Shown here one piece after another: positions 33,445 to 42,950 of a DNA stretch of 64,000 nucleotides. The notes under the pieces are model-generated. The model was given only the letters and a program-made list of their open reading frames with translations, had not been told where the DNA came from and did no database searches. This DNA is from Gammaproteobacteria bacterium (GTDB taxonomy: Bacteria > Pseudomonadota > Gammaproteobacteria > GCA-001735895), in assembly GCA_050298595.1 (NCBI GenBank), contig JBNKUM010000076.1, positions 32,001 through 96,000 of the forward strand. The letters are read 5' to 3'. Within the stretch, counting starts at the first letter, position 1; each line of letters opens with the position of its first letter. A program made the position numbers and the translations under genes.

Positions 33445-33472
33445 AAAGAGCGGTTCTACCGCTCTTTTTTTT
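33445..33472 (+). terminator. Rho-independent terminator after sat
   Basis: AAAGAGCGG-TTCTA-CCGCTC-T8. Confidence 0.85.
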
Positions 33473-33497
33473 GTTAAACTAAGGACCAAAAATTCAA

Positions 33498-34508
33498 TTG
33501 ATCAGTATGAATACACCACAACACCCAAACCTTGACAGCTTTACCCTGCAAACTCTGCGCGAATTCACCGCTGCCGATATGCAAAGGGTTAATCAGGTGA
33601 TAGAAAACCACCTCAGCTCCGATGTCGTGCTGATTAATCAGCTCAGTCAACACATTATTCATAGCGGTGGTAAACGTCTGCGCCCGATGCTGGTCATGCT
33701 AGCAAGTCGTGCCTGTGGATATGAGGGTGAAAACGATGCCCTGCTTGCAGCTATCGTCGAGTTTATTCATACAGCAACACTATTGCATGACGATGTAGTG
33801 GATGATTCTGATATGCGCCGTGGACAAAAAACTGCCAGCTCCATCTGGGGCAATGAAGCTGCCGTTCTGGTCGGTGATTACCTGTATTCCCGCGCATTCC
33901 AGATGATGGTGCTGGTTCAGTCGCTACGCATCATGAATCTGATGGCTGACACCACCAACACTATCGCTCAGGGTGAAGTCCTGCAATTGCTGAATATTAA
34001 CGAACCGGATACCAGCGAAGAGAAATATCACGAAGTCATTTATAGCAAAACCGCCTGCCTGTTCGAAGCCGCCTGTAAGATCGGCGCCATCATAACCGAA
34101 GCTGATAGCGAAATTGAGCACGCTCTGGGCGACTATGGCAAGCATCTGGGCATCGCTTTTCAACTGGTCGATGATGCTCTGGATTATGAAGCCAATAGCG
34201 AAGAACTGGGCAAGAACGTAGGCGACGACCTGGCAGAAGGAAAACCTACCCTGCCTCTGATCTATGCCATGCAGAAAGGTACTGAAGAAGAACGACAAAT
34301 GATTCGTCAGGCTATTGAGCAGGGTGGACTGGATCAGATAGACGCCATCACGCAAACCATCAAATCTACCGGTGCACTAGACTACACCCATCAACAGGCA
34401 ATACAGCATGCTGAGCTGGCCAAGCAATCCCTGGCAGTACTTCCTTATAGCAGGCAAAAAGACGCCTTGATTTTTATAGCCGATTACGCTGTTGAACGCA
34501 GCTATTAG
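33498..34508 (+). CDS. ispB: Octaprenyl diphosphate synthase
   Basis: GGKRLRP, HTATLLHDDVVD, FQLVDD, GKNVGDDLAEGKPTLP; start 33498 or 33507. Confidence 0.96.
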   Translation: MISMNTPQHPNLDSFTLQTLREFTAADMQRVNQVIENHLSSDVVLINQLSQHIIHSGGKRLRPMLVMLASRACGYEGENDALLAAIVEFIHTATLLHDDVVDDSDMRRGQKTASSIWGNEAAVLVGDYLYSRAFQMMVLVQSLRIMNLMADTTNTIAQGEVLQLLNINEPDTSEEKYHEVIYSKTACLFEAACKIGAIITEADSEIEHALGDYGKHLGIAFQLVDDALDYEANSEELGKNVGDDLAEGKPTLPLIYAMQKGTEEERQMIRQAIEQGGLDQIDAITQTIKSTGALDYTHQQAIQHAELAKQSLAVLPYSRQKDALIFIADYAVERSY

Positions 34509-34518
34509 GCAAATACGG

Positions 34519-35472
34519 TTATTGAGACAGATAGATCCGATCCAGATATAAGGTTTTTGGGCTTTTAACTAAACTCAGGAAAAAACTGATATCGGCAATA
34601 TGTGCCATATCCATTGCTCTTTTGCGCGGAGCCTGCCTTATCTCAGCAAGATCAATCTTAATCGCATTCCAGCCTTTGGCGAGCGTAAAACGCTTATTAA
34701 AACGATCTTTGTATAGATTAGTTGGCTGTACGGTTTGATGAATATCATCATGTACTCGAACAGTTAAGCTTAGCGGTTTTTCATACTCTGAATAGATATC
34801 CAGATTAACGAATCGATAGCTGGACTAGTCAGCATGCATATACTCCATCCCTACTCCTGCATAGCGCCTGCGTTGCAAACTGATTTTCATCTGTTTACCC
34901 ATTTTGCCCGCATAGCCCTCAACTACTTCGCGCTTTCCGTTTCCTTTCCAGCGCTCTAGCTCAAATGGTGTGCTGAAATCGGATAACACTGGAAACTGAA
35001 AACGAGCAATTGATTCATCTGTGATAGCGATAGAAACCGGTAGCAAATGGTAGATTAAAAAAGCGCCTATAATGATCTGCAGAAATCGCTTCAACAATAC
35101 ACTGCTGTGTTCAACAAAAGCAGGATGAAAAGCAAGCATCAGCAACGCACCACATAAATCCCGTGACACATCCATCAAGTCGGCATCACGTGCTGTGCCA
35201 TACTGTAAAAGCTCTACTACAAACCCTGAAATCAGACTCAACCCGATTAGCAGCACCCAGCACCAGAACAGGGGCAGGCGCATAAATAATGACCATCGTG
35301 AAAATAGCAATACCAACAGGGCGAAGTAGAGTATATGCCCCAGATTCCATATCTCCTTATATGAACGTACCGCATAGGCTTCCGGGCCACCTACAAAAAA
35401 GAAAAAGCTAGATATTACCAGGATCAGCAATAAAGCCAGGCTTAGCAACCTGTTGCCAGCTATATCAGTCAT
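34519..35472 (-). pseudogene. VanZ-like membrane protein with C-terminal soluble domain, interrupted by in-frame TAG at 34825-34827
   Basis: N-part has WNLGH, ELLQ and RDADLMD. The same frame continues 101 codons past TAG (SSYRFVNLDI...VRVHD...DRFN...GWN...MDMAHI...YLDRIYLSQ) to TAA at 34519. Confidence 0.75.
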
Positions 35473-35487
35473 TCAAAATAGCTCAAT

Positions 35488-35727
35488 TTAAACAGTCTGC
35501 GTTTCGCTAAGCCTTCGCACCAACCAGCCACGGAAAAACGGATTTTCCATATCAGCTTTTAAGCGCGCTTCCAGCAACCACTTTTGTAAGTCATCCGGGT
35601 CGCTAGCCGGTACGCCTTTGGTGGCGAAATAACAGTCCAGATAGAATTCAGCCTGCAGCGCTTTCCACTGCTTTTCATCAATGGCATCTTTCATGGTTCC
35701 TGGAAACTGGACGATATTATCTGTCAT
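35488..35727 (-). CDS. Small hypothetical protein
   Basis: 79-aa ORF tightly packed between the sulfurtransferase and the VanZ-like gene; NIVQFP start motif. Confidence 0.65.
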   Translation of the reverse strand: MTDNIVQFPGTMKDAIDEKQWKALQAEFYLDCYFATKGVPASDPDDLQKWLLEARLKADMENPFFRGWLVRRLSETQTV

Positions 35728-35736
35728 ACTGATCTC

Positions 35737-36582
35737 TCAGGTTGTAGCGACAGGTCTATTTGGATCTCTTATCCACTCACTCCATGAGCCATCATACAAT
35801 CTGGGCATAGGGAAGCCCGCAATGACTACAGCCAACAAAGAATGACAGGCTGTCACACCCGAGCCACACATATATACCTGCTTATTGGCAATACATTTTG
35901 CATCTAAAGGTGCGTACAGTTCACGTAATTGTTCAGCGGATTTAAAAAATCCATTTTCATCCAGATTTTCTGTTAACGGCAAATTCGCTGCTGCGGGAAT
36001 GTGACCTGCTACAGGGTCAATAGGTTCATTGATCCCCTTGTAACGCTCCTCTGTACGGACATCGACCAGCAGAAAGGAAGGTTTACCAACATTATCGAAG
36101 ATCGTTGGAGTAGAAACCACCAGACTCCTGTCAAACTCAGCCTGGTAATTTTCAGCCTGTGGCTGATCAACTTTCTCTGTTACGGCATAGCCCTGCCCCA
36201 GCCACGCCTGCCAACCACCATCCAGCAGAGCGACCGATCCATGTCCCAGACCTTTTAACAGCCACCATAAACGAGCTGCTTGAGTACCGCCTGTATCATC
36301 GTAAACGACTACCTGTTTATGCTCGCTCATACCATTCTGACCCAGCCATTGCACCAACTTTTGCATGTCAGGCAGAGGATGTCGGCCAGAATCGAGGGTT
36401 ATTGGCGAACAAAGGTCATCATCTAAATGAGCATAGATAGCGCCCGGTATATGTGATTCTACGTAAGCATTTCGCCCCCATTCAACATCCGCCAGATGAA
36501 ACCTGCAGTCAAAAACAATGCAATTTTCGTGATCAATTATTTCAGCTAACTGCTGTGATGTAATTAATGTCTGATAAAGCAT
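35737..36582 (-). CDS. sseA: Tandem-domain rhodanese / 3-mercaptopyruvate sulfurtransferase (SseA-like)
   Basis: HIPGA, GRHPLP, AARLWW, LDGG, active-site CGSGVTAC, YDGSWSEW. Confidence 0.9.
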   Translation of the reverse strand: MLYQTLITSQQLAEIIDHENCIVFDCRFHLADVEWGRNAYVESHIPGAIYAHLDDDLCSPITLDSGRHPLPDMQKLVQWLGQNGMSEHKQVVVYDDTGGTQAARLWWLLKGLGHGSVALLDGGWQAWLGQGYAVTEKVDQPQAENYQAEFDRSLVVSTPTIFDNVGKPSFLLVDVRTEERYKGINEPIDPVAGHIPAAANLPLTENLDENGFFKSAEQLRELYAPLDAKCIANKQVYMCGSGVTACHSLLAVVIAGFPMPRLYDGSWSEWIRDPNRPVATT

Positions 36583-36687
36583 GGTAAACCCTTAACTCTC
36601 CTTCGATCACACGAATGTGACATCTTGATTGCAAAATAAATCGTATAAGCATATAAATATAAACACCACCTGGCAGAGATTAATATC

Positions 36688-37056
36688 ATGCGCAGGTTTT
36701 TTATCCTGGCAGCCGTTAGCGGCCTGTTTTTTCCATCCATTGTCCTGGCTTTCGGCATAGGTCTGGCTCCTCTGTACTCATCCAATGAGCAGATAGACAA
36801 GGTGTATGGAAAAAACACTTCACTGCATGGTACCCCTGAGCAAATCAAAAATCTAAGGAAATGGATAAATCATATCGCTAGCACCCCCAAAGGCATGAAT
36901 ACATTGATTCAGATACAGGATAGTGGACACAAATTATTTATCTTTCACTCGGTGTACGCCATGATTTCCTCAGGGCGAACCTCCACGCCAGTCTCTGAAA
37001 ACCTGATAACGGGATTGGGAATCGGTAGACATTCATTAGCTGGCAGCAACAGTTAA
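36688..37056 (+). CDS. Exported hypothetical protein, possibly truncated
   Basis: Signal-like N-terminus; IASTPKG..L.QI..SGH segment; abrupt C-terminal end. Confidence 0.5.
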   Translation: MRRFFILAAVSGLFFPSIVLAFGIGLAPLYSSNEQIDKVYGKNTSLHGTPEQIKNLRKWINHIASTPKGMNTLIQIQDSGHKLFIFHSVYAMISSGRTSTPVSENLITGLGIGRHSLAGSNS

Positions 37057-37078
37057 TCTGTCATTGAGTAGCCACATC

Positions 37079-37957
37079 CTAACGCAGCTCAGCCAGCAAC
37101 GACTCAATCATATTCTCAGCCTGCATGGCATAGGATGAACCGAACATATTGGCGTGGTTTAAAATATGGTAAAGATTATAAAACTGTTTGCGTGTTTTAT
37201 AACCCGGTTCCAGAGCATAGCTTTCATTATATGCAGCAAAAAACTGTTGCCCCGGATGACCGAATAATTCCATCATGGCCAGATCACACTCGCGGTCACC
37301 GTAATAACTGGCCGGATCATATATAACCGGCTCACCTGATGCGGATCCAGCCCAGTTACCTGACCACAGGTCACCATGCAACAGAGACGGACTGGGATGG
37401 TAGCTACTAAAGAAAGCCCCGCATTGCTCACGTAGGCTACTACCCAGATCGTATAGCCTATGCCCATGACCATTTTCTTTTGCCAACTCCAGTTGGTAAC
37501 CGAGGCGTTGTTTTTTCCAGAAATCAACCCAGTCATTCGACCATTGATTAAGTTGAGGCGTTGAGCCTATGCTATTGTCGATATCGAAACCAAAACGATC
37601 ACTATGATGCTGATGTAATTGCGCCAGTTTTTGCCCAAACAAAACGCCATTGGGTTGCCCTGATAACGTTAGCCAGCTCATCACTGCATAGCTTTCACTG
37701 CCACTCACTCCACAGGCAATCGGTTGTGGCACCTTTATAGTTTGCGTTTTATTTAATTCATCCAGTGCGCGCGCTTCCGCTTCAAACATATAAGCAAGGA
37801 TATGGCGGTTGGTTTTAACAAAATAGCTCTCCTTGCCATCACCAATACAGAAAGCATTATTGATGCTACCACCCGCAATATTCTGCCGATTCAGTATTTG
37901 AAACTCTTTTCCTGTGAATTGGCAAATATCTTTCTCAATCTGCGCCCATAATGTCAT
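37079..37957 (-). CDS. Fructosamine kinase family protein
   Basis: GGSIN, FVK, FGFDIDNSIGSTPQ, LLHGDLWSGN, DPA.YYGDRECDLAM; start taken at ATG 37957. Confidence 0.93.
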   Translation of the reverse strand: MTLWAQIEKDICQFTGKEFQILNRQNIAGGSINNAFCIGDGKESYFVKTNRHILAYMFEAEARALDELNKTQTIKVPQPIACGVSGSESYAVMSWLTLSGQPNGVLFGQKLAQLHQHHSDRFGFDIDNSIGSTPQLNQWSNDWVDFWKKQRLGYQLELAKENGHGHRLYDLGSSLREQCGAFFSSYHPSPSLLHGDLWSGNWAGSASGEPVIYDPASYYGDRECDLAMMELFGHPGQQFFAAYNESYALEPGYKTRKQFYNLYHILNHANMFGSSYAMQAENMIESLLAELR

Positions 37958-37961
37958 TATC

Positions 37962-38504
37962 TCAATCCTGTAGAATTTTATACTGTCCTGGCTGTAGTCC
38001 ATCCAATTTATAATCATCTATAGCAGTCCGTATCAGGCGCAACGCCGGGTGCCCAACGGCTGCTGTCATCCGCCGCACCTGACGATTCTTACCTTCTCTG
38101 ATCTGTACCTCCAGCCAACTGGTAGGAATCGACTTGCGCTCGCGTATGGGAGGATGACGTTTCCATAAGAAATCCGGTTGTTCTATTTTTTTAACCCGCG
38201 CCGGCAGAGTGCGACCTTCTTTTAAATCCACTCCGCGCTGCAGGCGTATTAACGCCTTACGCTCGACCTCTCCTTCCACCTGTACCAGATAGGTTTTGTA
38301 TTTGTTATTTTTTGGCGAGGTCAGGCGAGCCTGCAAAATGCCATTATCGGTTAACAGCATTAAACCCTCGCTGTCATAATCCAGCCTGCCCGCTGGGTAA
38401 ACGTTTTTGATGTCGATAAAATCCGCCAGTGTTTTTTTATCTCCCTCGGGAGAAAACTGACTGATCACCTGAAAGGGTTTGTTGAATAATACGATTAGAG
38501 TCAT
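37962..38504 (-). CDS. rluE: 23S rRNA pseudouridine synthase E
   Basis: FNKPF.V.SQF, YPAGRLDYDSEGL, PPIRERKSIPTSW, EGKNRQVRRMTAAVG. Confidence 0.92.
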   Translation of the reverse strand: MTLIVLFNKPFQVISQFSPEGDKKTLADFIDIKNVYPAGRLDYDSEGLMLLTDNGILQARLTSPKNNKYKTYLVQVEGEVERKALIRLQRGVDLKEGRTLPARVKKIEQPDFLWKRHPPIRERKSIPTSWLEVQIREGKNRQVRRMTAAVGHPALRLIRTAIDDYKLDGLQPGQYKILQD

Positions 38505-39391
38505 TTGCGTGTTTCGATTAAATCCAGCCATTGCTGTTGTCGGCGTTCACCCATTTGATGATATTTCATCATGCTCTGTATAACATCCAGATCCGCTGTA
38601 GCGATTTCGGTTTGCACCTGTTTCATTTCCTTAATATCACAATCGACGGGGGTTAACTGGGTTGAGATATCCAGTACGGCCTCGTGTTGTTTCAACAGTC
38701 CCATGATTCTTTCAGAGCCCCTGAACTTCATCTTTTTGACTTCATCCAGATTATTTCGCAGGTTAGTTATGTCACCAAATTTAGTTAACAGTCGACCTGC
38801 CAGGGTCATCCCAATACCGGGGATACCTGGAATATTATCGACCTTATCTCCTGCAATCGCCAGTTGATCAGCTATTTGTTCCGGTTTAACCCCGAAGCGT
38901 TTGATCAGAGATCGGTAATTCAGCTGCTGACCCGTAGCATAGGACCACCAGACATCACCTTCTCGTATGAGTTGAGCCAGATCCTTATCCGCAGTGAGTA
39001 TCACAACTCGCGTCTGTTCATTACGATGGAAGGCCGCAAGGCTACCAATCAAATCATCTGCTTCGTGACGATCACTCGCCACCTCGCTAATACCCAGCGC
39101 TCGCACCCATAGCCGACACCATTGAAACTGGCGTTTGAGCTCTTCGGGTGCTGGCGAACGGTTGGCTTTATATTGTGGATAAATCTGCTTTCGCGCCGAA
39201 AACTTCAGGCTCTCATCAAACGCGAACACCAGCTGTCGCGGTTTTTCTGCCGACAGAAAATGATACACAAAATCGATAAATCCCAACCAGGCATTATTCG
39301 GATGACCATCCTGATTGACCAGGGTATCCGGCAGACTAAACCAGGCTTTAAAAATATAAATACTGGAGTCAACCAGATATAACTTATTCAT
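38501..39391 (-). CDS. Stand-alone 5'-3' exonuclease (flap endonuclease family)
   Basis: YKANR, EADD, DKDL, H3TH GDKVDNIPGIPGIG; no polymerase domain. Confidence 0.92.
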   Translation of the reverse strand: MNKLYLVDSSIYIFKAWFSLPDTLVNQDGHPNNAWLGFIDFVYHFLSAEKPRQLVFAFDESLKFSARKQIYPQYKANRSPAPEELKRQFQWCRLWVRALGISEVASDRHEADDLIGSLAAFHRNEQTRVVILTADKDLAQLIREGDVWWSYATGQQLNYRSLIKRFGVKPEQIADQLAIAGDKVDNIPGIPGIGMTLAGRLLTKFGDITNLRNNLDEVKKMKFRGSERIMGLLKQHEAVLDISTQLTPVDCDIKEMKQVQTEIATADLDVIQSMMKYHQMGERRQQQWLDLIETRK

Positions 39392-40311
39392 TTAAGGTTA
39401 TTAATATCCGCTCGTATAGAAGCCACCGAGTCTTCGAACATGGCCTGCTCAATATCGTTTAAAGGTAACTCGATAATCTTATCAACCCCACAATCACTCA
39501 ACACACAGGGCACCCCCATAGCCATATCTGATTGACCATATTCACCCTGCAAGATCGCCACTGCGGGTAAGATTCTGCGTCTACCGTGTACGATGGCATC
39601 CACCATAGCAGTAATCGCAGCAGCCGGGGCATCGTATGCACTGCTGGACTGACGCAGGCTGAGTATCTCAGCTCCGCCATTACGTGTGCGCTCGATAATA
39701 TCCTGGATGATATTTTGTTCAAGGAAGTGCTCCACAGGAATGCCCGATATGGTAGTAAAGCGCATCATCGGCACCATGGTATCACCGTGTCCTCCCAGCA
39801 CCATAGCACTGATATCCTTGCTCGAATAACCGGTTTCCATCGCAATAAAACTCGCCATACGTGTTGAATCCAGCACCCCGGCCTGACCCAGAATTCGACT
39901 ACGATCAAATCCGCTGCGTAAAAAAGCCTCATAGGTCAACGTATCCACCGGGTTAGATACCAGCAATATAATGGCGTCCGGTGCATGCTGGACAACACTA
40001 TCGACGATAGCATCTATAACCTTCACATTGATATCCAGTATGTCTGAGCGTGTCATACCGACTTTACGAGGAATTCCCGCAGTAATAATGACCAGCCCGG
40101 AGCCCTTAACGCCTTCGGGTTGATGACAGCCATTGACTTTGGTATCAAAACCCAGCAAAGGGGAAGTTTCCTGAATATCTAGCGCAACTCCCTGTGGCAC
40201 CCCTTCTCTGATATCCATTAGCATCAATTCCTTACATAAATCCTGCTCTGCGATTAATTGCGCAGTAGATTCACCAACTCGACCAGCCCCTACTATGGTT
40301 ATTTTTTTCAT
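39388..40311 (-). CDS. mdh: Malate dehydrogenase (LDH-like)
   Basis: GAGRVG, TAGIPRK.GMTR.D, NPVD, LDS.R, LGGHGD, RTRNGGAEI. Confidence 0.93.
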   Translation of the reverse strand: MKKITIVGAGRVGESTAQLIAEQDLCKELMLMDIREGVPQGVALDIQETSPLLGFDTKVNGCHQPEGVKGSGLVIITAGIPRKVGMTRSDILDINVKVIDAIVDSVVQHAPDAIILLVSNPVDTLTYEAFLRSGFDRSRILGQAGVLDSTRMASFIAMETGYSSKDISAMVLGGHGDTMVPMMRFTTISGIPVEHFLEQNIIQDIIERTRNGGAEILSLRQSSSAYDAPAAAITAMVDAIVHGRRRILPAVAILQGEYGQSDMAMGVPCVLSDCGVDKIIELPLNDIEQAMFEDSVASIRADINNLK

Positions 40312-40518
40312 CACAATCACCTTCTATGGTTGTTGTTCTATCGTCAGGCTTGAGAAATAGTCAAAAATGCTCCAGACTTTTATAACTGTCAGATATTTAT
40401 CAGCAAAACGACTATACTGCCGCCCATCCTGAGTCATCTGAAGTTATGATGAATACCCTGCTTATTATAATACGACAATTTGTTATAATTTGACGCTAAA
40501 TGAATTAGAACCCGACAT

Positions 40519-41511
40519 ATGCCCAAGATACTGACCACCCTGATCAGCCTGTTTATTATCAACATTGCTCAGGCAACCTCCCTTCAAGAAATGCAAACTG
40601 AACTAGATTCAAAGCAATACGCGAAAGCAGTGACTACCGGCTTAGAGCTGTTGCGTCAGCAACCGGATGATCCCAGATTACAGTTTATGACCGCCTTTGC
40701 ATTTCAAAAAAACAATCAGGCAAAACAGGCCATACACTATTATGAGAAAATCATCAGCGCACACCCGGAACTACCCGAACCGCGTAATAATCTGGCGATC
40801 ATCTATCTGCAAAAGGGAGAATACGATGAGGCGGTTAAACTACTGATTGCCTCACTAAATACAAACCTCGCCTACGCAACGGCCTACAAAAACCTCAATA
40901 GCATCTATCAGGGTTTAGCCAGCAAAGCCTACCGAAAAGCACTAAGCGACGATTTATCCCCCACTAACGTACTTAACAAAATCCAGTTAACCGAACTGAG
41001 CGAATTACAGCAGCCGGTGATTGTGGACAGCATCCCCACACAGGCACCAACCCAGATAGCCAAATTTGATACACAACTCGAAGCTCCAGCCCCTACCCCC
41101 GCAGCACCAGCTAAAAAACCCATCATTACAAAAGCAGAAGTGAAGCCAGTCGTTCAGACAGCTGCGGACGAAAACCAATTGATTCAGTTTGTTAAAAACT
41201 GGGCTAATGCCTGGAGTGAGCAACAGTTCGACCAATATGTTTCGGCCTACAGCGCTAGTTACAGAGGGGAATATCCAGACCATGAAGAATGGCTTAAACA
41301 ACGTCGCAAACGTGTAGTACGTGCCGATAAAATCAAGGTGAGCCTGAGCAACTTCAAGGTTAAATCAAATAGCCCAGATATTGCTGTCATCGATTTTCAT
41401 CAGGCATACCAGTCATCCACTTATCACGATAATGTGCTAAAAAGGATACAGTTGAACAAGATTAATAATGATTGGAAAATAAGTCGAGAAGTGACACTGG
41501 CCATACTATGA
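40519..41511 (+). CDS. Exported TPR protein with C-terminal NTF2-like (Csd6 C-terminal-like) domain
   Basis: Signal peptide; PELPEPRNNLA TPR; WANAWS...Y...F.QAYQSS.Y...K...WKI. Confidence 0.82.
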   Translation: MPKILTTLISLFIINIAQATSLQEMQTELDSKQYAKAVTTGLELLRQQPDDPRLQFMTAFAFQKNNQAKQAIHYYEKIISAHPELPEPRNNLAIIYLQKGEYDEAVKLLIASLNTNLAYATAYKNLNSIYQGLASKAYRKALSDDLSPTNVLNKIQLTELSELQQPVIVDSIPTQAPTQIAKFDTQLEAPAPTPAAPAKKPIITKAEVKPVVQTAADENQLIQFVKNWANAWSEQQFDQYVSAYSASYRGEYPDHEEWLKQRRKRVVRADKIKVSLSNFKVKSNSPDIAVIDFHQAYQSSTYHDNVLKRIQLNKINNDWKISREVTLAIL

Positions 41512-42716
41512 TTAAAATCTGTTTTTTACCTTTAAATATCTTTTTAATACTTGCACTGGTATTACCTGTGCAAGTTATCGGCGCAGATAACACAGGCAGT
41601 GAATACGAGGCCAGGATGCTACTCGCCCTGCAAAACATCCAGAGCCTGAACAACGATCAGGCATTAAAGCAAACTCGAGAAATCATAAAGAGCTATCCCA
41701 CCAGCAAGTTGGCCCAATTACTATATGCAGACCTGTTGATGGCAAAAACTGGCGTGCTTTCCAGCATAGGCTCAGGAGTGTCCAGCAACCCTGAAAAACA
41801 GCCCCGATTGAATGACCTGACCTTTGAAATTAAACAGCGCCTGTCGCACATAAAAGCACCGGCCATTCAGGGCATGTTACCCGAGAATCTCATTCGATTA
41901 GCTGACAACCAACGCTATTTCATCATCATTGATCAATCACAATCGCGCCTGTATGTATACCGGAACGAACAGGGCACGCCTGTACTGGAAACCGATTTTT
42001 TTATCAGCACCGGATTAAAAGGCGCAGGCAAACAAGTTCGAGGTGATCAGAAGACCCCCATCGGTATCTATCATGTGACCAGTTATATCGATGACAGTAA
42101 ACTGCCAGACCTGTATGGCCGAGGCGCTTTTCCAGTGAATTATCCCAACACCTGGGATAAGCGAAACAAGCGTAGTGGCGGAGGCATCTGGATACATGGC
42201 ACGCCCTCTTACACCTATAACCGGGCACCCTGGTCGAGCAATGGTTGCGTGGTTTTGAGTAATGCTGACTTATTGCGCATCAATGAGTATATCGATCCAC
42301 AACAGCATACCCTGGTAATCATCACGCAAAAAATCAACTGGATCACCACAGAACTCTGGCAACAGAATCAGCAATCGATGATGCAGCTAATCACAAGCTG
42401 GATTACAGACTGGGAGAAAAACGATCATACCCAGTACATCAGCCACTATTCTAAAACAGATTTCAGGTCTCACGGCAAAGACTATAAGGACTGGGATAAA
42501 CACAAGCAAAGAATAAATAAAGAAAAGAAATATATCAGTATCGAATATAACAACCTGAATATCTTTAAATACCCTGGAGAGGATAACCTGATCACCATGC
42601 AATTCGATCAGAATTACCACAGCAGCAATCTAAATTCAGCCTCCGCAAAGGAGTTATTCTGGAAGTTACAAGACAAACAGTGGCAGATTGTGTATGAAGG
42701 TTCGAATATATATTAG
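41508..42716 (+). CDS. Csd6/Pgp2-like L,D-transpeptidase/carboxypeptidase
   Basis: K...GDQKTPIG.Y, GAFPVNYPN.WD, GGIWIHG...SNGCVV, C-terminal NTF2-like domain; ATGA overlap. Confidence 0.88.
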   Translation: MIKICFLPLNIFLILALVLPVQVIGADNTGSEYEARMLLALQNIQSLNNDQALKQTREIIKSYPTSKLAQLLYADLLMAKTGVLSSIGSGVSSNPEKQPRLNDLTFEIKQRLSHIKAPAIQGMLPENLIRLADNQRYFIIIDQSQSRLYVYRNEQGTPVLETDFFISTGLKGAGKQVRGDQKTPIGIYHVTSYIDDSKLPDLYGRGAFPVNYPNTWDKRNKRSGGGIWIHGTPSYTYNRAPWSSNGCVVLSNADLLRINEYIDPQQHTLVIITQKINWITTELWQQNQQSMMQLITSWITDWEKNDHTQYISHYSKTDFRSHGKDYKDWDKHKQRINKEKKYISIEYNNLNIFKYPGEDNLITMQFDQNYHSSNLNSASAKELFWKLQDKQWQIVYEGSNIY

Positions 42717-42950
42717 AAGAATGAAGCCAGCCTGGCCGAAAACCTGAGTCAATAACAATGCCTGTCTACAGCTCATTTGTTAATGGAGTGATGGACCACA
42801 TCCAGAATGAGTTTCAGGATAACCCGAAAATATCACCTTACTACCTTCCCCTCCCTTTAAACGCTGGCATTAGATTTATATATAGGGGTATGCATCAAAA
42901 TAATGCAGCGTTATACTTTAGCGCATTTTCAACCAAGAGATAAAGGGGCT

